64,000 bases of DNA, taken from IMG/VR virus record IMGVR_UViG_3300025751_003710; one strand, 5' to 3'. The DNA is from an uncultured virus (IMG/VR IMGVR_UViG_3300025751_003710) (Duplodnaviria > Heunggongvirae > Uroviricota > Caudoviricetes). Position 1 is the stretch's first letter, and each line of letters opens with the position of its first letter. Shown here one piece after another: positions 37,799-48,315 of the stretch. The notes beneath the pieces are model-generated. The model did not search any database. It saw only the letters and a list, made by a program, of their open reading frames with translations, and was not told where the DNA came from. The position numbers and the translations under genes were made by a program.

Positions 37799-40700
37799 AT
37801 GGACCTTAATTCTAAAAGAGTTAAAAAACTTGCGAGAACGGGAATAACATCCGATAGATATCAATTTCTGGGATTAAATCAAGCAGAACCAGATCTTGGA
37901 GATCCTTTAGTTGGAGTTTCTTCGATAGTCAATAAACCCATACCTGCTGGCGATCAGTATATGGTTGCTGCTGTCGATGGTTATGCTGGGGAAAGATATT
38001 GGATAAGAGCAACTGAAACACAAGGTGCTGGAATACAAGGTACTCAGGGACTGCAAGGTGCTTTGAGCAATTTTCAAGGTACTCAAGGTACTCAAGGATT
38101 GCAAGGTAATCAAGGGACACAAGGTTTACAGGGAAGACAAGGATTACAGGGTCCTTTAGGAAATTTTCAAGGTGTTCAAGGATTACAAGGACTTCAAGGA
38201 TTACAAGGACTTCAAGGTTTACAAGGACTTCAAGGATTACAGGGTGTTCAAGGATCCCAAGGATTCCAAGGCGTTCAAGGTTTACAAGGACTTCAAGGAT
38301 TACAGGGTGTTCAAGGATTACAAGGTAATCAAGGAACACAAGGTTTACAAGGAATGCAAGGACTTCAGGGTCCTTTAAGTAATTTTCAAGGAACACAGGG
38401 ATCCCAAGGATTTCAAGGTGTTCAAGGTTTTCAAGGTATACAGGGATCTCAAGGTCTTCAAGGAATGCAGGGATTCCAGGGAACTCAAGGATTTCAAGGT
38501 TTGCAAGGTTTGCAAGGCGTTCAAGGATTACAAGGTTCGCAAGGATTCCAAGGATTACAAGGATTACAAGGAAGAAGTCACCAAGGTGTTCAAGGTTTAC
38601 AAGGAACGGAAGGATTCCAAGGTGCTCAAGGTATTCAAGGTATTCAAGGGTTGCAAGGAATCCAGGGTGTGCTTGGTAATTTTCAGGGCACTCAAGGGAC
38701 ACAAGGTTTACAGGGAATGCAAGGACTTCAGGGTCCTTTAAGTAATTTTCAAGGTGTTCAAGGATCTCAAGGATTCCAAGGTGTTCAAGGTTTACAAGGA
38801 CTTCAGGGAATTCAAGGAGGATTATCCCCTCAAGGTTCTCAGGGTGTTCAAGGAACTCAAGGTCCTCAAGGAATACAAGGGTATAGTGGAATTCAGGGAC
38901 CCCAAGGTACTCAGGGTTTACAAGGAGTTCAAGGTGTACAGGGTGTTCAAGGTAGAGGTATAACTGGTTCAAAAGGTGATCAAGGTACTCAAGGTGTACA
39001 GGGTACTCAAGGATTACAAGGCAGGAGAGGTTCACAAGGAATGCAGGGTGTCGAGGGTGAGCAGGGCACTCAGGGAACACAGGGAAGGCAGGGTGTTCAA
39101 GGCAGAATAGGTTTAGGTGGTATCAAGGGTGACACTGGTTCACAAGGTGCACAAGGTGTTAAAGGATTAACATCTACAACACCTTATACATTGATGAATT
39201 TTGACATTCCAGGAGATTTGGTTGTTAATACTCAAACTGTTAGTAATAATTTAGTTGATGGTGTATCTTTTACCACTGTAGGTAATATAAGTGGCATGAG
39301 TAACACATCTAATGTTACATCTGGAGCATCAATTGCATTATTTTCAGGGACAACTGGAGAAAGATGGGTAAGAACAAGTAGAAAAGTTTATTTTGCCACC
39401 ATATCTAAGATATTTTTCTATGTCAATCAAGGTGGAAGTGGATGGGGTGAACAACCAGATTCTGGTGAAGGTTTATCACTCCAATATTCGTTCAACGGCA
39501 CTAACTGGACTAACATTTTTACAATTCAACCATCAGATATAACAAGAAATACGTGGGTTCTTCAAGAAGTAGATGTACCAACTGCAATACAAAATTATGA
39601 AGGTGCATATGTTAGATTCAAACAAGACAATAGTAGTGGAACTGCCTTTGATAACTGGGCTATAAGTGCATTAGCAATACAAATCACTTCTCCAAATACT
39701 GGTGGTATAGGTGGTGGAGGTGGTGGATCGGGAACTCTTATACTCGATGCAACAAATACCTCTAATGTTATGAGAGGCACTGTATATCAAAGATCATTAA
39801 CTGATGCATTTTCTGATTTTGGAAATGTTTCATCAACACCATTACCTTGGATACAATCCAATGATTACGTTTTTCAATTTGGTACGTCTGGAGGTAGTAT
39901 TGGTTCTACTGAAACGAGAACTATCACTACTAGAAATAAAATATTTTTAGCATCTTCAGAATTGGTTGAATTCTGGTCTCTTCCTGGTGGAGTAGGAGGT
40001 TGGGGTGAACAACCAGATGATTTGGAAGAAGTAATACTGGAATATTCTTATAATGGCACTACGGGTTGGAATGAGATTGGGGAGAGGGGTAGGTTTAATA
40101 GCTCTTCCCAAAATGGTCTTAGATGGATAAGAAATGTATTTAAAGTTCCCGATGGTGCTAAAAACTCTGGTGGAGTTTTCATAAGACTAAAGCAATCATC
40201 TAGTGGTGCTAACATCGACCACTACCTGGTGAGTTCAGTTTACATAAGATCTTATTCTTCCAATACTAATAGTTCCTTTGCCGCTTTAGATTTTTCAAAT
40301 TATGCTAGTGCTTATTTTCATAACGCATGGCCAACTACTATTGCCCAATATAACACAATAGGTGCAGTGAATTTACCAACATCATCAACTGATGGTTTGA
40401 TAAATCAATACACTCCAATATGTGTTTTTGATGAAGGTTCCCCTAATATTAGTGCAGATAGAAAAGTTATTACACCAAATAGAATATACTTAAAAAATTC
40501 CAATACATTTTCATTCCATGTATGTAGAAATTGGTATGAAGGTCCAGATAATGGTGAAGAATTATTCCTTTATTATTCCCTTGATGGTGTAGGTTGGACT
40601 CAATTCCACAAAGTATTACGAGTTACAAGTGGAGCTGGAACTAATGAATCTGCTACTGCTTCAAATGCTTGGACAGAAGTACAAGCAGAAATTCCAGAAA

Positions 40701-41272
40701 ATGCTAAAGTTGCTAGTGGTGTTTACATTAAAGTTGAACAAGTACAGTTCTCATCAAGTGGTGGAGATGAGTGGGCCATAACATCGATTTTAACTGATGT
40801 TGGTGGTAGTGGTGGATCTAGTAGTGGAGCAGGGGAACTTAATATTGAGAATTTACCTACTACTAGTATTGATACTAATGACTATTCTATTGGTTTTACC
40901 AGTGTTACCTCTGGTATAACTACTATTCTTACAACTCATTCTACTAAATTATTTTACAAACCATCTACAGGAAATTTATCCTCACAATCCTTTACATCAT
41001 TATCAGATGTAAGAGCAAAAATTAATATTGAAAATATTAATGATCCTATAGGAATAACGCAACAATTAAAAGGAGTTGCATTTAACTGGAAAGAAAGTAA
41101 AAAACCATCTCTTGGATTAATAGCACAAGATGTTGAAAAAGTTTTACCCCAAATTATTGAAACTAATTCTGATGGGTCCAAAACAGTTAACTATGATGCT
41201 ATTATACCGATTTTAATTGAATCTATAAAAAATCATGAGATTAGAATAGAAAAATTAGAAGAAAATAGTTAA
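37799..41272 (+). CDS. Collagen-like fibre with three reelin-like domains and a C-terminal S74 intramolecular chaperone
   Basis: Long G-X-Q block; three copies of E.PD..E...L.YS..G..W...Q...D.W; C-terminal SDVRAK.NI...[12 protein letters not shown]...NYD.IIP.LIESIK. Confidence 0.8.
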   Translation: MDLNSKRVKKLARTGITSDRYQFLGLNQAEPDLGDPLVGVSSIVNKPIPAGDQYMVAAVDGYAGERYWIRATETQGAGIQGTQGLQGALSNFQGTQGTQGLQGNQGTQGLQGRQGLQGPLGNFQGVQGLQGLQGLQGLQGLQGLQGLQGVQGSQGFQGVQGLQGLQGLQGVQGLQGNQGTQGLQGMQGLQGPLSNFQGTQGSQGFQGVQGFQGIQGSQGLQGMQGFQGTQGFQGLQGLQGVQGLQGSQGFQGLQGLQGRSHQGVQGLQGTEGFQGAQGIQGIQGLQGIQGVLGNFQGTQGTQGLQGMQGLQGPLSNFQGVQGSQGFQGVQGLQGLQGIQGGLSPQGSQGVQGTQGPQGIQGYSGIQGPQGTQGLQGVQGVQGVQGRGITGSKGDQGTQGVQGTQGLQGRRGSQGMQGVEGEQGTQGTQGRQGVQGRIGLGGIKGDTGSQGAQGVKGLTSTTPYTLMNFDIPGDLVVNTQTVSNNLVDGVSFTTVGNISGMSNTSNVTSGASIALFSGTTGERWVRTSRKVYFATISKIFFYVNQGGSGWGEQPDSGEGLSLQYSFNGTNWTNIFTIQPSDITRNTWVLQEVDVPTAIQNYEGAYVRFKQDNSSGTAFDNWAISALAIQITSPNTGGIGGGGGGSGTLILDATNTSNVMRGTVYQRSLTDAFSDFGNVSSTPLPWIQSNDYVFQFGTSGGSIGSTETRTITTRNKIFLASSELVEFWSLPGGVGGWGEQPDDLEEVILEYSYNGTTGWNEIGERGRFNSSSQNGLRWIRNVFKVPDGAKNSGGVFIRLKQSSSGANIDHYLVSSVYIRSYSSNTNSSFAALDFSNYASAYFHNAWPTTIAQYNTIGAVNLPTSSTDGLINQYTPICVFDEGSPNISADRKVITPNRIYLKNSNTFSFHVCRNWYEGPDNGEELFLYYSLDGVGWTQFHKVLRVTSGAGTNESATASNAWTEVQAEIPENAKVASGVYIKVEQVQFSSSGGDEWAITSILTDVGGSGGSSSGAGELNIENLPTTSIDTNDYSIGFTSVTSGITTILTTHSTKLFYKPSTGNLSSQSFTSLSDVRAKINIENINDPIGITQQLKGVAFNWKESKKPSLGLIAQDVEKVLPQIIETNSDGSKTVNYDAIIPILIESIKNHEIRIEKLEENS

Positions 41273-41273
41273 T

Positions 41274-44200
41274 ATGAATAATGATATCTTAAAAATACCT
41301 CACATTGAGGACGATGAAGATTTTTTAAATTATAAAAATACTTTAGAAAAAGAACCTGAAGGTGATGTTAAAAAAAGGTATTGTATTGGATGTTATACAC
41401 CAGAAGATTGGCAATATATTCATGAAGAATTGATGAGAGATGGAAGTTTAGATGATAATATTCCATCAGATTGTTGTGATTGTGTTGATCAAAAACTCCA
41501 CAGTGAAACAAGAGCTATTTACTTATTAACTGATTCGGAAGCTATAGCACTAAAAGAACATCCTAGAGTAAAATATGTCAATGTTGATACGCAGTTTTAT
41601 AGAGGAACATATTTGGTAAATCCCAAAAATGTGGAATTTTCTTACAGATGGAATCACGGTGCAAAGCATTATAGAGGAGATACTACTTGGTTGTATGGTC
41701 AATTGTCATCTAGAACTAATATAGGTGAGGACACTGGAAGAACTGGATATCAATTGTACAGGATGTCTCAGAAAGAGGATCCTTGGATAAATGAATCTAA
41801 GGGTATTACATTTGCCACGGCATCAAATTTTGGTAATATATCAAATTATTCTACAAATTCACATCAAAACAACCAAATAAACGAAAATAATGGAACTGGT
41901 AGAGACGTTGATCTCGTAGTTGGTGATAATCAATGTTGGTTTGGTCATGCAGAATTCCAAGACTTTCGTACATTTCAATCGACACCAGTACCTCAAGGTT
42001 ATTGGCCATATGGACCATATGATTGGGATGGTGGTAATGTCTTAAACAGTAATTTTTCTGCAAGTGCTAGTAATGGATCATGTCAATTATTAGACTTAGT
42101 TTTGGAAGCACCATATTATCTAGATCCAACTTATTTTGAAGCTGATCCTAATAATAGATTAGAGACTAGATGGGATGGAACTACTGTACCCGTAGAACAA
42201 GTCGCAAAATCGTGGTGGGGAAATGTTAACAGTAGAAGTAGTACTACAATTTTAGGGGGAGCAGTTATTTCAATTCCATCCTCATATACGAGAGCTAATT
42301 GTAATGGTACATTTCAAAATAGAAATGTACCCCAAATTCCTAGTAGTGCATCTCATGGCACATCTTGTGCATCACAAGCATATGGTAAATGGCATGGATG
42401 GGCATATAATGCAAATAAGTGGTATGTAGATGTGTATAGTACCTATGGTCTTGGATTTGAAAATTATTTTGATATGTTGAAATTATTTCATTTATATAAA
42501 CCAAATAGAACATCTGATGATTCAAAAAATCCAACCGTTTCCAGCAATAGTTGGGGTTTTAGACTTCCATTATCAGCACTGCTTACTGGTTATTATTATT
42601 TTAGATCGGGAACTTTGGGTGGTGGAGGACAACAATATGATATTGATGATGGATCAGGAAGTGTAGATTGGGGAGCAAGTCCCAGATTTCTAACCCATTT
42701 CACAGAACCAAATACTCTTTTTCAATGTGAAATGGTAGATAATTCTGAATCTCAAGCAGGTGAAGAACTTATTGATTCTGGAGTAATCTTTGTACATGCT
42801 TCAGGGAATGAAAATCAAAAAATGGTGAAATCAGAACACCCAGATTATAATAATTACATCTACCCAACTGCAAATCAAACATTGGCTCAATCTATTGCAC
42901 AATATGGGGGGCGTAATTATACTCTTACTGTTAATAGAAAAGGGTTTCCTGGACAGATAGGAAAAGTGAACAATAATGATGGTAGTGTTACTTACAGAAC
43001 AATTTGTATTGGAGCTTTAGATTCTAACTATGATAATGAAGGTAGAGAAAGAAAAGTATACTATAGTAATATGGGAAATGCGGTAGACGCATATGCACCA
43101 GGTGAATTAACTATTGCAGCAACAGCACAGGATGGTGCTATTAGTGGTTATTCTTTTTTATATGAAAGGCATCCTGGTACAGCTTATTCTTATGATGGGA
43201 ATAATCTTTCTGAAATTTCATATGATAATTCATTTACTGGTAGTAGTTCAGCATGTCCACTAGCAGCTGGTTTAATTGCAACTGTACTGGAACAAAATAG
43301 AGGATGGAATTATTCAAGTGTTCTTTTGTATATTTCAAATAATGTTGGAACACAATCATCTATTCAGTTTTACAGTGGTTCTGAGTCTACACAATATGAT
43401 GATCAAAATTTTACCGATCTTCATTCTATAGAGGGTGGTTCACCAACAATACTCTGGAACGCTCCACTTGCAGGTTCAGTACCTGATGCACAAAATTATT
43501 ACTCGGATGAAGGAGAATTAACAGATCACTTTATTACTGAAAAATGGTTTATAGATCAATATATTGGTGATAGATTAGTTACTACTGGTGATAATGCTTT
43601 GGGGCAATTAGGTAATGGATCATCTACAACTGATTTTGGATCATTTTATTATCATTATGATGTTAATACTCAAGCAAAGGATAGTTGGAAAGATGTTAAA
43701 TGTGGAGGATATCACACACTAGCAGTAACTAGAGAAGGAGTTTTGTATAGTTGGGGAGCAGACAGTGATGGGCAGTTGGGTGATGGTAATGCTGGTGGTG
43801 CTATTACTGTACCAAACTCAACAGCTTTAGGTACTCAATTTACTCGTATAAAAATTATATCTGCTGGATTACAACATTCTGCATTGATATCTACACAAAA
43901 GATTTTATATACTTGGGGTGCTAATGGGGCTGGACAATTAGGTAATGGAAGTAATACTTCTACATCCACACCAACACCTGTTAATTTTGATGTTGATTGG
44001 GTTCAAGTTTCTGGGAAAGGATTTCATACTATGGCAATTAAAGATAATGGCACTCTTTGGGCTACTGGGAACAATACTTATGGGCAACTTGGATTGGGTG
44101 ATACTTCAGATAGAAACACCTTTACTCAAGTTGGAACTGATGAAGATTGGTTAACAGTATCAGCAGGAAGAAATCATACATTAGCACTTAAAAAGGATGG

Positions 44201-44777
44201 AACATTGTGGGCATGGGGTGGAAATTATCTTACTAATGGTAATGTTTCTGGTAGAGAAGGAATATTGGGTATTGGTAACGATGTGCAACAATATTATGAT
44301 ACACCGCAGCAAGTGGGAACTAATAACCATTGGAAGTCAATTTCTGCTGGTGGATATCATAGTGCTGCAATTAAAGATGATGGATCTTTATATCTGTGGG
44401 GAAGAAATGATGATGGGCAATTAGGTTTAAATAATCAAAATTCTAGAAGTTCTCCAACATTAGTTTCTAATACATTCGTTTCTGGAAATTATGAACTTGA
44501 TATTGGGCAATGGAAAGGTGTTTCTTGTGGTGAGACACATACTGCAGCAGTAAAATTTAACGGATCTGCTTGGTCGTGGGGTGATAATTCAAATAGACAA
44601 TTGGGGCAAAAATCGACAATAAATACCAATAGGATTGAGTTTCCACATTTAATGGAACCTAATGCTGGTAATTCATTTAGACATAAAGCAAGTGTAAAAA
44701 TGATTTCTGCTGGATTTAGACATACCGCCTTTGTTACCTCTGGGTCTGCACCAGAATATTACGTTACTTACGGATAA
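41274..44777 (+). CDS. Subtilisin-like (S8) protease fused to RCC1 repeats
   Basis: VDLVVGD, SHGTSCAS, HASGNE and FTGSSSACP catalytic motifs; C-terminal WGxNxxGQLG...V.AG..H repeats. Confidence 0.8.
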   Translation: MNNDILKIPHIEDDEDFLNYKNTLEKEPEGDVKKRYCIGCYTPEDWQYIHEELMRDGSLDDNIPSDCCDCVDQKLHSETRAIYLLTDSEAIALKEHPRVKYVNVDTQFYRGTYLVNPKNVEFSYRWNHGAKHYRGDTTWLYGQLSSRTNIGEDTGRTGYQLYRMSQKEDPWINESKGITFATASNFGNISNYSTNSHQNNQINENNGTGRDVDLVVGDNQCWFGHAEFQDFRTFQSTPVPQGYWPYGPYDWDGGNVLNSNFSASASNGSCQLLDLVLEAPYYLDPTYFEADPNNRLETRWDGTTVPVEQVAKSWWGNVNSRSSTTILGGAVISIPSSYTRANCNGTFQNRNVPQIPSSASHGTSCASQAYGKWHGWAYNANKWYVDVYSTYGLGFENYFDMLKLFHLYKPNRTSDDSKNPTVSSNSWGFRLPLSALLTGYYYFRSGTLGGGGQQYDIDDGSGSVDWGASPRFLTHFTEPNTLFQCEMVDNSESQAGEELIDSGVIFVHASGNENQKMVKSEHPDYNNYIYPTANQTLAQSIAQYGGRNYTLTVNRKGFPGQIGKVNNNDGSVTYRTICIGALDSNYDNEGRERKVYYSNMGNAVDAYAPGELTIAATAQDGAISGYSFLYERHPGTAYSYDGNNLSEISYDNSFTGSSSACPLAAGLIATVLEQNRGWNYSSVLLYISNNVGTQSSIQFYSGSESTQYDDQNFTDLHSIEGGSPTILWNAPLAGSVPDAQNYYSDEGELTDHFITEKWFIDQYIGDRLVTTGDNALGQLGNGSSTTDFGSFYYHYDVNTQAKDSWKDVKCGGYHTLAVTREGVLYSWGADSDGQLGDGNAGGAITVPNSTALGTQFTRIKIISAGLQHSALISTQKILYTWGANGAGQLGNGSNTSTSTPTPVNFDVDWVQVSGKGFHTMAIKDNGTLWATGNNTYGQLGLGDTSDRNTFTQVGTDEDWLTVSAGRNHTLALKKDGTLWAWGGNYLTNGNVSGREGILGIGNDVQQYYDTPQQVGTNNHWKSISAGGYHSAAIKDDGSLYLWGRNDDGQLGLNNQNSRSSPTLVSNTFVSGNYELDIGQWKGVSCGETHTAAVKFNGSAWSWGDNSNRQLGQKSTINTNRIEFPHLMEPNAGNSFRHKASVKMISAGFRHTAFVTSGSAPEYYVTYG

Positions 44778-44781
44778 AAAA

Positions 44782-45468
44782 ATGTATGCCTTAGTAAACG
44801 GATCCTTCATATTATTAGGACCTATTGGATTCAACTATCGTTTAATAAATTCAACTATAAAGGATGATCTAAATTTAGATTATAATGTAGGACCATTAGA
44901 TTATATGAATGTTCCTATTAATTTTAATGATCAATTAAAAATTTTACCAGTCGTTAATAATATCCCACATCATAATAGAAAAACAGAATATCCAAATATG
45001 ATTAGGTGGGAGATTGGAGAAGATCGATTAACATATTTTTATGAAATACTTCCAATACCTTTAGAAAAACTTAAGCAACGATATAAAGAAAAAATAACTA
45101 ACGATAGATGGCATAAAGAAAATAATGGAAATATTACAGTAACAATTAATGATATTGAAATAACAGTTTCAACTATGAGGGAAAATAGATCTCAATTAGC
45201 ATCAAAGATTCGTGCTATGAGTACAGATGTTAGAAGAAGATTTAAGTTTCAAAATACATGGATAGAATTAAATTCTACTGAAATGCAGACTATTATAGAT
45301 GAAATAGATGATTATGTACAAGAGCAATTTGATTGGGAATATACAAAGCATAACGAAATAGATGCTTGTGGTGATTGTGAGGCATTATTATCAATGCCAG
45401 AATTTGATGTATCATATACAAACACTGGTGATAGTGCTGCTGTCGAATCTTCTACTACAACTAGTTAA
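44782..45468 (+). CDS. DUF4376-like tail-fibre-associated protein
   Basis: ATG at 44782 in frame with the track ORF; RWHKEN.....I...V.T.RE.R...FKF...W..L...VQEQFDWE. Confidence 0.5.
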   Translation: MYALVNGSFILLGPIGFNYRLINSTIKDDLNLDYNVGPLDYMNVPINFNDQLKILPVVNNIPHHNRKTEYPNMIRWEIGEDRLTYFYEILPIPLEKLKQRYKEKITNDRWHKENNGNITVTINDIEITVSTMRENRSQLASKIRAMSTDVRRRFKFQNTWIELNSTEMQTIIDEIDDYVQEQFDWEYTKHNEIDACGDCEALLSMPEFDVSYTNTGDSAAVESSTTTS

Positions 45469-45471
45469 ATT

Positions 45472-46920
45472 ATGCCTATATCAACTTCAATTCCCACAAA
45501 TTTTCACATAAGAGAGTCTGATTTAGGAAGTATTTTGGTTAGTAGAGATTATCTCACAACCACATATCGAAGTTTGATTGATGATAGAACAAGATCAGAT
45601 GCATACTGGTGGGGTGCAAATTTTTCAATTACTAGCCTAATACCAAAAAACAGTACTACTTACGATTTAGTGAGACTTAATTATCTTCAAAATGAATCTG
45701 CTGGATGGAATGATCCACCAACTTATGGCAGTGCTTTTTATAGAAAAGAAATTGTAGATATTAGAAATAATCCAACTTACCAGAATAATAGTAATTATGC
45801 TTTTCGGAATACATCTTTTTTAGCAAGTGATGGTACTTTATGGATGTCTGGACAGAATGGTTCTGGTGAACTTGGACAACCATATGCATCAAACACATAC
45901 CGCCAGACTTTTGATGAAGGCGCACCTTACCAAGTTACAACCAGTACTGATTGGATACATTGTGCACCTGGTACAAACTTTGTAGCAGCAATTAAAAGAG
46001 ATGGTAGTCTATGGGCATGGGGACGAAATGTATATGGTCTTGCTGGTACTGGTGCAGATACCAACAACCCTGATATTACCGATTGGGGACGGACTTTTGT
46101 GCCTCCAACGGATATTACATCAATGGTCACTTCTGGATCTATACTCAATACAAAATGGAGATATGTTTCTGTTGGATTTAATTTTGCCATGTATATAGAT
46201 CAAGAAGGTTATTTGTACGGTTCAGGAAGAAATAATTATGGTCAACTTGGTAATTTTAGTACTCAAGATTCTGGTGGATATATGAAAAGAGTTTATGGTA
46301 ATCCAAATATATCAGCATTTGAAGATAAATGGAGATATGTTCAATGTGGTACAAATGAATGGATTGGAATAAAGGAAGATGGTAGATTATATGGATGTGG
46401 AAATATGTTCAATAGTACTTATCCAATAGAATTAAGACAAACATGGGGTGATTTTGGGAGAAGATACATTCATTGTGATATTTCTTCTTCACATTGGGCT
46501 GCCATAAGAAATGATGGAACTCTATGGACTGGTGGTTTCTGGAGAAATGATGATTATCAAGATTCCATGTTTGGTCAACCTTTAGATTTTAATTTTATTT
46601 CTTCAGGTCTTATATTAAATAATCGAATAGGACCAGCACCTATAAATTCGGGATCTACTGCTGGAGGTATTTTACAGGTTTCAGGTGGACCTTATAGATT
46701 TGTTTCATGTGGAATATACTTTACTATACTTATAGGTGCAGATGGACGTTTGTATGGTTATGGCAACAACCAAGATCGTCAACTTGAATATACTTCTTAT
46801 AGTTGGAGATTTCAGCCAACTTTATTAAACTATAATGTAGAGACACAATATTCTAATTGGAAACAAGTAAGAGCACAAGATTATGGATGTATAGGAATAA
46901 AATCTACACAATATATTTAA
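45472..46920 (+). CDS. RCC1/BLIP-II beta-propeller protein
   Basis: DGTLWMSGQNGSGELG, DGSLWAWGRN, GRNNYGQLG repeats. Confidence 0.8.
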   Translation: MPISTSIPTNFHIRESDLGSILVSRDYLTTTYRSLIDDRTRSDAYWWGANFSITSLIPKNSTTYDLVRLNYLQNESAGWNDPPTYGSAFYRKEIVDIRNNPTYQNNSNYAFRNTSFLASDGTLWMSGQNGSGELGQPYASNTYRQTFDEGAPYQVTTSTDWIHCAPGTNFVAAIKRDGSLWAWGRNVYGLAGTGADTNNPDITDWGRTFVPPTDITSMVTSGSILNTKWRYVSVGFNFAMYIDQEGYLYGSGRNNYGQLGNFSTQDSGGYMKRVYGNPNISAFEDKWRYVQCGTNEWIGIKEDGRLYGCGNMFNSTYPIELRQTWGDFGRRYIHCDISSSHWAAIRNDGTLWTGGFWRNDDYQDSMFGQPLDFNFISSGLILNNRIGPAPINSGSTAGGILQVSGGPYRFVSCGIYFTILIGADGRLYGYGNNQDRQLEYTSYSWRFQPTLLNYNVETQYSNWKQVRAQDYGCIGIKSTQYI

Positions 46921-46921
46921 A

Positions 46922-48289
46922 ATGGCAACTAATTATAATATAGGGTTTCCTTTTAATAACAAATATGGACAGATAAATCTTGTTACTGGATTTAGTACCA
47001 CTAATCCATTTATGGTTACACGAATGGATGATGTATTTGTACCAAAAGAATTTTTTACTACTGGTGTTATAGAATCTTGGGGAAAAAATGATAATGGTGA
47101 ACTTGGTGATGCAAATTCTCCAAATTCAAAAACATCACCAGAACCAACTTTTTACAATTTTGGTGATTTTAGAAAAGTTGATAGTGGAGATGGTTTCGCT
47201 GCTGGTTTAACGATGAGTGGTGATTTATATGTTTGGGGTGATGGGAAAGCTGGTATTTTTGGTGATGGGCAGATCAATTCATATGATTATCCGCGTCTAG
47301 TTAGTGGTCATAAATGGTATGACTTTGCATGTGGACATGAACATATGGTTGGTCTTAAACAGGATGGATCTTTATATATGTGGGGAAAGACGAGTTCTGG
47401 TGCTACTCCGATTACATATCCAACTCTTTTGCAAAGCAGTTTCTGGAATAATCTCCCAGATGAATATGTTGCTAGAAAAGTTTGGGCTGGGTGGTATAAC
47501 ATTTTCATCTTAGCCATAGGATCAACCCAATCTGATGAAGATAATGATGAGGAGATTGATATTGATGGTAGAGTTTATAGTTTGCATATGAATTATGGTA
47601 CTACTAACCATATTATTGGTAGAGATGGTGCTGGTAGTTTCAATTCAACGTTTTTTGACATTGATGCATCTGGTTCTGGTTCCAACTATATCGCTCTAGA
47701 TCGTCCCAGATATCCAAGAGATTTATCAACTGGACCTACTTCTACAGGAATTATTGCTGGGAATGGTACAATGTATTGGATGGGTGATAATAGATCGGAC
47801 GACGGTCTTGGAGATGCTTTTACACCAGATCCTGTCAACAGTCCAGCAGATTTTTATCCAGCACTGAGAATAAGTACGGGTGGTTCTTCTAATACTGAGG
47901 ATGATTGGAAACGTTGTTCTGCAGGACGTTATTTTCAGGGAGCAATAAAAGATAATGGAACATTATGGATGTGGGGACAAAATACATATGGTCAACTTGG
48001 TTTAGGAAATACTCTAAAATATAATAGACCTCAAAAAGTTGGTAACGAATCAAATTGGAGATATATTTCTTGTGGTGAGCACAGTACTCTAGCAATAAAA
48101 ACTGATGGTACTTTATGGGCGTGGGGAAGAAATGACGGAAATTATTTGGGTATAAGTGGACAGAATCCACCAACATCTGTTGATACTCCACAACAAATAG
48201 GAACTAGAACTGATTGGGGTGCCATATCTACTCCACCAGTGGGTCAATCATATTATGCTTTATCATATGATAAGATCATATATCATTAA
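46922..48289 (+). CDS. RCC1/BLIP-II beta-propeller protein
   Basis: WGKNDNGELG, NGTLWMWGQNTYGQLG, DGTLWAWGRN repeats. Confidence 0.8.
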   Translation: MATNYNIGFPFNNKYGQINLVTGFSTTNPFMVTRMDDVFVPKEFFTTGVIESWGKNDNGELGDANSPNSKTSPEPTFYNFGDFRKVDSGDGFAAGLTMSGDLYVWGDGKAGIFGDGQINSYDYPRLVSGHKWYDFACGHEHMVGLKQDGSLYMWGKTSSGATPITYPTLLQSSFWNNLPDEYVARKVWAGWYNIFILAIGSTQSDEDNDEEIDIDGRVYSLHMNYGTTNHIIGRDGAGSFNSTFFDIDASGSGSNYIALDRPRYPRDLSTGPTSTGIIAGNGTMYWMGDNRSDDGLGDAFTPDPVNSPADFYPALRISTGGSSNTEDDWKRCSAGRYFQGAIKDNGTLWMWGQNTYGQLGLGNTLKYNRPQKVGNESNWRYISCGEHSTLAIKTDGTLWAWGRNDGNYLGISGQNPPTSVDTPQQIGTRTDWGAISTPPVGQSYYALSYDKIIYH

Positions 48290-48315
48290 TACATATTATA
48301 TAAAGTAAAATAAAA

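Noticed and set aside
37929..39080. 383-aa minus-strand ORF and similar alternative-frame ORFs over the collagen blocks
   Set aside because: Stop-free shadows of the 9-nt CAAGGN repeats.
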